A stretch of 32,000 bases of DNA from Desulfobulbus propionicus DSM 2032 (GTDB lineage: Bacteria > Desulfobacterota > Desulfobulbia > Desulfobulbales > Desulfobulbaceae), in contig NC_014972.1 of NCBI RefSeq assembly GCF_000186885.1, forward strand, positions 1,710,001 to 1,742,000. The letters run 5' to 3'. The translations under genes were made by a program, and so were the position numbers. Below the pieces are notes generated by a model. That model ran no database searches and was not told the origin of the DNA. It saw only the letters and a program-made list of their open reading frames with translations. This document shows, piece after piece, positions 18,506 to 25,371 of this stretch (its first letter is position 1; each line of letters begins with the position of its first letter).

Positions 18506-19159
18506 TCAGAACAGGCTGAAGCGGACGTTCCAGCCGCAGGCCAGGATGGTGCCCATGACCGGGGATTTGATCTCGCGGGGGTGAAAATCGTAGTCGTGGT
18601 CGTCGAGGGTGGGGTAGTCGTCGATGCGGCGTAGGCGGGCCGACCGGGCCCGCAACAGCGGCAGGGGAATATGACGGCGGCTGACCGTGACCTGCTGTGG
18701 ACAGATGAGAAAATCGGCATGGCGTATCCGATCCACCAGAATGACCGTGCGGGTGTCGGGGTCAAAACGGCAGTGCAGCTCAAACAGGCGATCGATGCCC
18801 AAACGGCTGAGGAGTTCGCACCATTGCATTGCCGCGATGCGCCAGGTGACGATGATTTTCTTTCGTTTGGCTGTTGCCGCCACCGGACAGGCCATGGCAT
18901 TGACGGCCAACAGCCGCTCCCGCAGGGTTTCCAGGGGCAGGGGGTCGGCGGTGGCGGGAAAAAACCAGATGTTCTTCAGCAGGATGTTGGCCAGCCCAAG
19001 CAGCAGCAGAGGGAGCAGGGCAACCCACAGGGAGAGCGTCAACAGATAGGCCGGTGCGTCCAGACTGGCGCGCGCCGCCAGCAACGGCAGCAGGCTGATC
19101 GGCGCGATCAGCAGCAAGGCAAGCAGTGCCAGCAGGGTGAGCAGGCTTCGTTTCAGCAT
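18506..19159 (-). CDS. Hypothetical membrane protein (two N-terminal TM helices plus soluble domain)
   Basis: 217-aa ORF with a Leu-rich N-terminus (LLTLLALLALLLIAPISLLPLL; LLTLSLWVALLPLLLLGLANILL). It lies 15 nt downstream of ldcA on the same strand. I recognise no family. Confidence 0.55.
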   Translation of the reverse strand: MLKRSLLTLLALLALLLIAPISLLPLLAARASLDAPAYLLTLSLWVALLPLLLLGLANILLKNIWFFPATADPLPLETLRERLLAVNAMACPVAATAKRKKIIVTWRIAAMQWCELLSRLGIDRLFELHCRFDPDTRTVILVDRIRHADFLICPQQVTVSRRHIPLPLLRARSARLRRIDDYPTLDDHDYDFHPREIKSPVMGTILACGWNVRFSLF

Positions 19160-19174
19160 CGCAGGCCGCCGGTC

Positions 19175-20110
19175 TCAAACAAGGGTAACCGAACCGGGCA
19201 AGAGACTGAGAACGCCGCTGGCGGAATCCATCATTGCTTCCATACCGATGGGCAGGGCCAGGTTGCGTTCCCGGTGGCCCACCGGGACCCGGGCCCAGAT
19301 CGGAAACCCCGGTCCAGCCAGTTCTAACACCCGCGCCCACACCGCCTCCTGCAAGCGGAGATTATCCACTGCATTGCCGCCGGTGTCGAACTCGCCGAGC
19401 AGCAGGCCGGTCAACCCCTGGAGACGTCCGGCCAGGGCCAGTTGGGTCAGCATGCGATCCAGCCGGTAGAGCGGTTCATTGGTGTCTTCCAGCACCAAAA
19501 TGGAGCCTTCCCATGGGATGTCCCAGGGGGTGGCCAGCAGGTGCACCAGGGTGGTGAGGTTGCCGCCCGCCAACCGTCCCCGGCCAGTGCCGCCGCGCAG
19601 GATTTCCAGCCCCTTGGGCTTGATCAGTTCCTCGAAAGAACCGGTGAGCAGGCTAAAGAGCGCGGCCTGATAGGCCGGTTCGCTGCCGGCCAGCGAGGTG
19701 GCCACCGGCCCATGGATGGTGATCAGATTGGCCCGTTGGTGCAGGCTGTTCAGAAGCAGGGTCACGTCGCTGAAACCGGCCAGCCACTTGGGGCGCTGGC
19801 GAAACAGTTCCCAGTCGAGGTGCTCGATCATCCGCAGGCAGCCGTATCCGCCGCGAATGGCGAGGATGGCCTTGACCTCCTCATCGTTCCACAGGGCATG
19901 GAGATGTTCGGCCCGACGGGCATCGTCGTCCGCCAGATAGCCGGCAACCGGCTCGGCTGGGCCGCGCATCTTGACCTTGAATCCCGCCTCTTCGATGACC
20001 TTGATCCCGGCTTGCAGACGGTGCACCTCCCGCACCGGTCCAGCCGGACAGAACAGGCCGATGGCATCGCCGCGTTGCAGCCGGGGGGGCAGAAGAGGCG
20101 CTTCAGGCAT
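19175..20110 (-). CDS. ldcA: LD-carboxypeptidase (peptidase S66, muramoyltetrapeptide carboxypeptidase-like)
   Basis: Ser-Glu-His triad context: GFSDVTLL, ILVLEDTNEPLYRLDRMLTQL and PVGHRERNLALPIG. Overlaps coaX by 8 nt. Confidence 0.85.
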   Translation of the reverse strand: MPEAPLLPPRLQRGDAIGLFCPAGPVREVHRLQAGIKVIEEAGFKVKMRGPAEPVAGYLADDDARRAEHLHALWNDEEVKAILAIRGGYGCLRMIEHLDWELFRQRPKWLAGFSDVTLLLNSLHQRANLITIHGPVATSLAGSEPAYQAALFSLLTGSFEELIKPKGLEILRGGTGRGRLAGGNLTTLVHLLATPWDIPWEGSILVLEDTNEPLYRLDRMLTQLALAGRLQGLTGLLLGEFDTGGNAVDNLRLQEAVWARVLELAGPGFPIWARVPVGHRERNLALPIGMEAMMDSASGVLSLLPGSVTLV

Positions 20111-20903
20111 CTTTGCCCTTGCAGTTGAGGCGGTAGATCAGCTGCAGGCCGGTGAGGGTCAGCTCCGGATCGATCTCGTCGATGGTGTGGGTGTAGGGTT
20201 TGATCAACCCGGCCATGCCGCCGGTGGCAATGGTCTTGGCCCGTTCCTGATTCGGGGTCAACTGGCGGCTCAGCACCTCGACCATGCGGTCGACCAGGCC
20301 GCCGAAGCCGTACAGGGCGCCGCTGTGGATGGCCTTGACCGTGGTGGTGCCGATGGGGTGGTCCGGGGTGACGTCGATGTCCAGCCGGGGCAGCTTGGCG
20401 GTGCGGGTGGCCAGGGCGTCGAGCGAGATGCCGATGCCCGGATGGATGGTGCCGCCGACATAGGCCGGCTGTTCGTTGACGCAGTCAAAGGTGATGGCCG
20501 TGCCGAAGTCGATCACGATCAGTGGCGCCTGAAACCGATCCCAGGCCGCCACAGCATTGACGATCCGGTCCGCCCCGACCTCGGCCGGGTTCTCGGTGGC
20601 CACTTCCATGCCGAGCTTGAGCGTATGGTTGACCGACAGCGGCGGCTGGCGCAGCTTGGTCAGGTAGCTGCGGGCAAAGTGGAGCCAGCTGGTCTCCAGG
20701 ATGGGCACCACCGAGGCGATGATGAAGCCGGTGATCCGGTCCGGATTGATGCCCGCCATCTGGAAGAGGCCGTGGTAGCGGATGGCCAGCTCGTCGGCGG
20801 TGCGGTCCTGACGCGACTGCAGCCGCCAGTTGCCCATCAGTTGACCTTTTTCGAAAATACCGCTGACGGTATGGGAGTTTCCGACATCCACGGCTAGAAG
20901 CAT
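20103..20903 (-). CDS. coaX: Type III pantothenate kinase
   Basis: MLLAVDVGNSHTV, VIDFGTAITFD and GGTIHPGIGIS are CoaX hallmarks. Confidence 0.9.
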   Translation of the reverse strand: MLLAVDVGNSHTVSGIFEKGQLMGNWRLQSRQDRTADELAIRYHGLFQMAGINPDRITGFIIASVVPILETSWLHFARSYLTKLRQPPLSVNHTLKLGMEVATENPAEVGADRIVNAVAAWDRFQAPLIVIDFGTAITFDCVNEQPAYVGGTIHPGIGISLDALATRTAKLPRLDIDVTPDHPIGTTTVKAIHSGALYGFGGLVDRMVEVLSRQLTPNQERAKTIATGGMAGLIKPYTHTIDEIDPELTLTGLQLIYRLNCKGKDA

Positions 20904-20941
20904 GGCATCACCTGTTCGGGTTGGAAGGAAAACGCTGTGGT

Positions 20942-20969
20942 TTGTTTTTTTGCAAAGCGCTGGTAAAAT
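20942..20969 (+). promoter_or_regulatory. Candidate sigma70-type promoter for cutA
   Basis: TTGTTT (20942-20947), a 16-nt spacer, then TAAAAT (20964-20969), about 75 nt upstream of the cutA ATG. Sequence match only. Confidence 0.3.
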
Positions 20970-21043
20970 AGCCGAATTTGTCCAATTAATCCAGTCCGAG
21001 CTGGAACCTCAAGGCGTGTTGCCCGATTTTCAAGGAGAAAACC

Positions 21044-21373
21044 ATGACCCCCTACATCCAGGTAGTGACCACCGTGGCCGACCGGACCGTTGCCGAGCGG
21101 TTGGCCGCCCATCTGCTCGAACAGCGGCTCGCGGCCTGCGTCCAGATCACCCCGTGTACCTCCTGGTACCGCTGGCAGGGGGCGATCGAGCAGGGCGAGG
21201 AGATGGTCTGTACCGTCAAATCGCGCCGTGATCTCTTTCCCGAGCTGTGCCGTGCCGTCCGTGCCCTGCATCCCTACGAGGTGCCGGAGATCCTGGCCTC
21301 GCCGGTGGTGGACGGCGGCGAGAGTTATCTCCACTGGCTGGAGCAGGAACTGCGCCCGGCCAAGGAGGACTAA
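21044..21373 (+). CDS. cutA: Divalent-cation tolerance protein CutA
   Basis: 109 aa. The sequence AACVQI....S.Y.W.G.I...E......K......L...V...HPYEVPEI is typical of CutA1. AAGGAGA SD upstream. Confidence 0.9.
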   Translation: MTPYIQVVTTVADRTVAERLAAHLLEQRLAACVQITPCTSWYRWQGAIEQGEEMVCTVKSRRDLFPELCRAVRALHPYEVPEILASPVVDGGESYLHWLEQELRPAKED

Positions 21374-21377
21374 GCCC

Positions 21378-21581
21378 ATGAGCGAGGACAAAAAAAAACC
21401 ACGCGGCCGCCGCAAGAAAGAGTTCCGCTGCCACTGCTGCAAACAGGAAAAGCCCTTCTGCTGGAGCTGCACCTGCGGCTTTCAGATCTGCCCCGACTGC
21501 TTCGAGGAAAACAAGTGGGGCATCAGCAACGGCCCCACCTGGGTCTGCCCCGACTGTGAGCGGGTGCATATAATGGAGTGA
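21378..21581 (+). CDS. Cys-rich small protein (67 aa, zinc-ribbon-like)
   Basis: This is the 3' part of track ORF 21090..21581. The ATG at 21378 is preceded by AAGGAGGA (21362-21369). Translation: MSEDKKKPRGRRKKEFRCHCCKQEKPFCWSCTCGFQICPDCFEENKWGISNGPTWVCPDCERVHIME, with 11 Cys including two CPDC pairs. Confidence 0.55.
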   Translation: MSEDKKKPRGRRKKEFRCHCCKQEKPFCWSCTCGFQICPDCFEENKWGISNGPTWVCPDCERVHIME

Positions 21582-21621
21582 GGTTTTCGGAAGAGAGGCT
21601 GTATCTTCCGGGTTGTGAGAC

Positions 21622-21675
21622 GGGACGCTGGAGCGTCCAAAAGGCGTTCCCACGCTGGAGCGTGGGAACGATCAA
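21622..21675. repeat. REP doublet (two palindromic hairpin units)
   Basis: GGGACGCTGGAGCGTCC (21622-21638), a 6-nt spacer, then CGTTCCCACGCTGGAGCGTGGGAACG (21645-21670, perfect 12-nt arms) followed by ATCAA. The same architecture recurs at 23353-23406. Confidence 0.8.
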
Positions 21676-21699
21676 AATAGAAGTGATCAAGGAGCGTGT

Positions 21700-22770
21700 G
21701 TGGTGAGTAACGGGAAAGAATCCCAAGCAATGCTGGCGGTCCTCATTGATGCGGATAATGCGCAACCGTCTGTAACAGACGCGTTGATGGCTGAAATTGC
21801 CAAATATGGAATTGCGAGCGTCAAGCGCATCTATGGTGACTGGACTACTCCGCATTTAGTTGGGTGGAAATCTATCGTCCTAGAATATTCCATTCAACCC
21901 ATCCAGCAATTTCGTTACACTACCGGTAAGAACGCCACCGACAGCGCCATGATTATAGATGCGATGGATTTACTGTACACTAGGAGGTTTACGGGGTTTT
22001 GTTTGGTATCAAGCGATAGCGATTTTACACGTTTGGCTTCACGAATTCGCGAGGAAGGTTTTCCTGTATATGGATTTGGGGAGCGAAAAACGCCTCAAGC
22101 TTTTGTGTCAGCCTGCGATAAATTCATCTACACCGAAGTGCTGTGTACCGAAGAGCACGAATTATCCTCTGGCCACGCATATATCCGTGTCCCGGAAACC
22201 ACGAATGCATTAAAAGGCGACGCCAAGTTAGTCAATCTCATGAGACGAGCGATTGAAGCAGCGTCTGATGAAAATGGATGGGCACTATTAAGCGGGGTGG
22301 GGACGAATATTGCCAAACAATCACCTGAATTTGATCCCCGAAACTACGGTTACACTAAACTCGGTGAACTCGTTAAAGCCATGCAGTTATTTGAAATCGA
22401 GAAACGCGGCAATCGAGGTAACCAATCAACGGTTATCTATATCCGCGATCAGCGAAAAAAACGACTGCCTGAGACGCCCTCACTATCAATAGATCCGGTT
22501 TTTGTGAAACACTGGGATCAGTTTTTTGCCCGCTACAACGAAGGTGACAGCTTGGATGGAGTCATTGAAAAGATTACTCCTTTTTTGGGACTATTTATCA
22601 CCATGCCAATCCAAGGATTAAAAGGACTCCTTCATAAATCCAACCTTCCTGAGGACTTTCTGACACGTTTTAAGATCGGTCAAACGATATCCGTAACGAT
22701 TAAAGCAATCCGAAAAGAGAAGTATCAGGTTGAACTGCAAAGAAATCCGTCATTATGCGAGGAGGATTGA
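21700..22770 (+). CDS. NYN (LabA/DUF88-type PIN-like nuclease) - OST-HTH/LOTUS - S1-like RNA-binding domain protein
   Basis: GTG start with AGGAG 6 nt upstream. NYN blocks: AVLIDADN, GKNATDSAMIIDAMDLL and FCLVSSDSDFTRLASRIREEGFPVYGFG. LOTUS-like: GWALLSGVGTNIAKQSPEFDPRNYGYTKLGELVKAM. S1-like: GDSLDGVIEKITPFLGLFITMPIQGLKGLLHKSNL...FKIGQTISVTIKAI. Visibly lower GC than its surroundings. Confidence 0.8.
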   Translation: MVSNGKESQAMLAVLIDADNAQPSVTDALMAEIAKYGIASVKRIYGDWTTPHLVGWKSIVLEYSIQPIQQFRYTTGKNATDSAMIIDAMDLLYTRRFTGFCLVSSDSDFTRLASRIREEGFPVYGFGERKTPQAFVSACDKFIYTEVLCTEEHELSSGHAYIRVPETTNALKGDAKLVNLMRRAIEAASDENGWALLSGVGTNIAKQSPEFDPRNYGYTKLGELVKAMQLFEIEKRGNRGNQSTVIYIRDQRKKRLPETPSLSIDPVFVKHWDQFFARYNEGDSLDGVIEKITPFLGLFITMPIQGLKGLLHKSNLPEDFLTRFKIGQTISVTIKAIRKEKYQVELQRNPSLCEED

Positions 22771-22795
22771 TCGTTCCCACGCTCCAGCGTCCCCG
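22768..22795. repeat. Single REP unit in inverted orientation (collapsed doublet)
   Basis: TGATCGTTCCCACGCTCCAGCGTCCCCG. Its reverse complement, GGGGACGCTGGAGCGTGGGAACGATCA, joins the left arm of sub-unit 1 to the right arm of sub-unit 2 of the doublets. It begins at the NYN gene stop codon. Confidence 0.75.
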
Positions 22796-22811
22796 TTGAA
22801 AGAGAAAACCC

Positions 22812-23345
22812 ATGGCCAGAAGCCGCTACGTGATCCTGGAGCCGGACAAACCCCATTTTCTGACCTGCACGGTTGTCGAGTGGCTGCCTGTCTTCACCCG
22901 TCCGGATGCGGTGCGGATCCTCCTGGAAAGCTGGTCTCGTCAACGGGCAAACGCTGGGTTGCGGCTCTACGGCTACGTGATTCTGGAAAACCACCTGCAC
23001 TTCGTGGCCCAGGCCCCGCGTCTGGACAAGTGTCTGCACAGCTTCAAGTCCTTCACCGCCGCCCGGCTGATCGAGCTGCTGGAGGCGCACCGGGCGGAGC
23101 GGCTGCTGGCTCGCCTGCGACTGGCGAAACGGGCGCACAAGCACGACCGGCAATACCAGTTCTGGCAGGAAGGCTCCCATGCCGAACTGATTGTCAGCGA
23201 ACCGGTGCTGCGGGAAAAGCTGGAATATGTCCATCACAACCCGGTGAAACGGGGATACGTGGACCTGCCCGAGCATTGGCGGTATTCGAGTGCGCGGAAT
23301 TATCTCGGACAGCCGGGTTTGATCGAAATCGATCCGTGGTTCTGA
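22812..23345 (+). CDS. REP-associated tyrosine transposase (RAYT, IS200/IS605-like Y1 HUH transposase family)
   Basis: 177 aa. HUH motif in YVILENHLHFVAQ, catalytic-Tyr helix region EYVHHNPVKRGY, and a typical C-terminal W.YSS...Y. Flanked on both sides by inverted REP units. Confidence 0.85.
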   Translation: MARSRYVILEPDKPHFLTCTVVEWLPVFTRPDAVRILLESWSRQRANAGLRLYGYVILENHLHFVAQAPRLDKCLHSFKSFTAARLIELLEAHRAERLLARLRLAKRAHKHDRQYQFWQEGSHAELIVSEPVLREKLEYVHHNPVKRGYVDLPEHWRYSSARNYLGQPGLIEIDPWF

Positions 23346-23352
23346 ACGGAAA

Positions 23353-23406
23353 GGGACGCTCCAGCGTCCGGGATGCGTCCCCCCGCTGGAGCGGGGGAAC
23401 GATCAA
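23353..23406. repeat. REP doublet (second copy)
   Basis: GGGACGCTCCAGCGTCC (23353-23369), a 5-nt spacer, then GCGTCCCCCCGCTGGAGCGGGGGAACGATCAA (23375-23406). Relative to the 21645-21670 copy, the stem shows paired A>C / T>G substitutions. Confidence 0.8.
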
Positions 23407-23538
23407 CGCGATCTAACCGTAAGCAACATCCTGCCGGTATCTCCGTGATCATCCGCCCAGGGCATCATTCACCGTTTACCTTTCGCCAAGAACCTGCTAT
23501 TCACCTACCCACCTATCCACTTCTACCTCGAATCACCC

Positions 23539-25371
23539 ATGACCGAACATCAGTACGACGAATCCAAGATCAAGACGCTCAGTTCGCTGGAGCACATCCG
23601 CAAGCGGCCGGGCATGTACATCGGCCGCCTCGGCGACGGCTCCCATCCGGATGACGGCATCTATATCCTGCTCAAGGAGATCCTGGACAACGCGGTCGAC
23701 GAGTTCATCATGGGCCACGGCAAGCGGATCGATATCCATATCGGCGAGGACGGCCTCTGCCGGGTACGCGACTACGGCCGCGGCATTCCGCTGGGCAAGG
23801 TGGTGGAGTGTGTGTCGGTGATCAACACCGGCGCCAAGTACAACACCGAGGTGTTCCAATTTTCGGTCGGTCTCAACGGCGTGGGGACCAAGGCGGTCAA
23901 CGCCCTCTCGAGCCACTTCACGGTCACTGCCTTCCGCGACGGCCGGTACAAGACCGCCGTCTTTGCCCAAGGGCTATTGCAACGCGAGGAAGAAGGCGAG
24001 ACCACGGAGAAGAACGGCACCCTGATCGAGTTTCTCCCCGACAGCGAAAGTTTCCCCGGCTTTCGCTTCGATCCCCAGTATGTCGACCAGCGACTGTGGC
24101 GCTACGCCTATCTCAACGCGGGGCTGAGCCTTTATCTGGATCGCGATCTCTATCTGTCCAAAAACGGCCTGCTCGATCTCCTGGATCGCGAGGTGAGCAG
24201 CGAACGGATCTATCCGCCGATCCATTTCGTCGACAAATCGATCGAATTTGCCTTCACCCACACCGACGACTACGGCGAGTCCTACTTCTCGTTTGTCAAC
24301 GGTACCTACACCAGCGAGGGCGGCACCCATCTGTCCGCCTTCCGTGAGGGCATTCTCAAGGGCATCAACGAGTTCACCGGCAAGAAGTTCAACGGTCTGG
24401 ACGTGCGCGACGGCATTGTCGGCATCCTGGCGGTCAAGGTCCAGGAGCCGGTGTTCGAGTCGCAAACCAAGAACAAGCTGGGCAACACCGACATTCGTGG
24501 CCCCATTGTCAACGCGGTTAAGGATGCGGTGGCCACCCACCTGTACAAGTTTCCGGAGACGGCCGAAGTCTTGGTCGACAAGGTGCAGCGCAACGAGCGG
24601 GTGCGGCGGGAGTTGCAGTCGGTGCGCCGCGACGCCAAGGCCAAGGCCAAGAAGATCGCCTTCAAGATCCCGCAGCTCAAGGACTGCAAGTACCACCCAT
24701 CGCGCGGCCAGGCCTCCAAGCCGGGCCGGGAGAACATGCTCTTCATCACCGAGGGCCAGAGTGCCGCCGGCTCGATCGTCAGCGCCCGCGACCCCATGAC
24801 CCAAGCGGTGTTCAGCCTCAAGGGCAAGCCGATGAACGTGCTCGGCCAGCGGCTCGACGTGCTTTACAAGAACGAGGAGATGTACTCCTTGATGCAGGCC
24901 CTCAACATCGAGGACTCGATCGCCGATCTCCGTTACGACAAGGTCATCCTGGCCACCGACGCCGACGTCGACGGCCTCCATATCCGCAACCTGCTGCTGA
25001 CCTTTTTCCTCCACTACTTCGAGCAGCTGATCAAACAGGAGCGGGTCTATATTTTGGAGACGCCGATCTTCCGGGTGCGCAACAAGGAAAAGACCTTTTA
25101 CTGCTATTCCGATCGCGACATGGACGAGGCCATCACCGCGCTCAAGGTCAAGAGCAAGGCCGACCGGGCGGTGGAAACCACCCGCTTTAAGGGGCTGGGC
25201 GAGATTTCGCCCCCCGAATTCAAGCAGTTCATCGGCCAGGATATGCGGCTGCGGCAGGTGCGGCTTGATCGTCTCAGCGAGGTCAGCCGGGTGCTCAAGT
25301 TCTACATGGGCAAGAACACGCCGGAGCGCAAACAATACATCATGGACCACCTGATCGTGAGGCCGGTATGA
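23539..25371 (+). CDS. parE: Type IIA DNA topoisomerase subunit B (ParE/GyrB family, short form)
   Basis: GHKL ATPase N-terminus (LEHIRKRPGMYIG, EILDNAVDE, DYGRGIP), Toprim EGQSAAGS and ATDADVDGLHI. At 610 aa it lacks the GyrB insertion, hence ParE-like. The symbol is tentative. Confidence 0.75.
   Translation: MTEHQYDESKIKTLSSLEHIRKRPGMYIGRLGDGSHPDDGIYILLKEILDNAVDEFIMGHGKRIDIHIGEDGLCRVRDYGRGIPLGKVVECVSVINTGAKYNTEVFQFSVGLNGVGTKAVNALSSHFTVTAFRDGRYKTAVFAQGLLQREEEGETTEKNGTLIEFLPDSESFPGFRFDPQYVDQRLWRYAYLNAGLSLYLDRDLYLSKNGLLDLLDREVSSERIYPPIHFVDKSIEFAFTHTDDYGESYFSFVNGTYTSEGGTHLSAFREGILKGINEFTGKKFNGLDVRDGIVGILAVKVQEPVFESQTKNKLGNTDIRGPIVNAVKDAVATHLYKFPETAEVLVDKVQRNERVRRELQSVRRDAKAKAKKIAFKIPQLKDCKYHPSRGQASKPGRENMLFITEGQSAAGSIVSARDPMTQAVFSLKGKPMNVLGQRLDVLYKNEEMYSLMQALNIEDSIADLRYDKVILATDADVDGLHIRNLLLTFFLHYFEQLIKQERVYILETPIFRVRNKEKTFYCYSDRDMDEAITALKVKSKADRAVETTRFKGLGEISPPEFKQFIGQDMRLRQVRLDRLSEVSRVLKFYMGKNTPERKQYIMDHLIVRPV

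Larger units (their letters stand above)
22768..23406 (+). mobile_element. REPtron-like unit: RAYT gene bracketed by inverted REP sequences
   Basis: The REP at 22768-22795 (reverse orientation) and the REP doublet at 23353-23406 (forward orientation) flank the RAYT CDS. This is the established arrangement for RAYT/REP systems. Confidence 0.7.

Noticed and set aside
21090-21377. The 5' two-thirds of track ORF 21090..21581 (163 aa).
   Set aside because: It overlaps cutA out of frame with an Arg/Pro-rich translation. Only the part from the SD-preceded ATG at 21378 is plausible.
21622-23406. The repeated palindromic units could be mistaken for a CRISPR array.
   Set aside because: There are only three loci, separated by whole genes (about 1.1 kb and 0.55 kb). 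The units are internally palindromic and vary in orientation, and they are adjacent to a RAYT. This is REP behaviour, not CRISPR.
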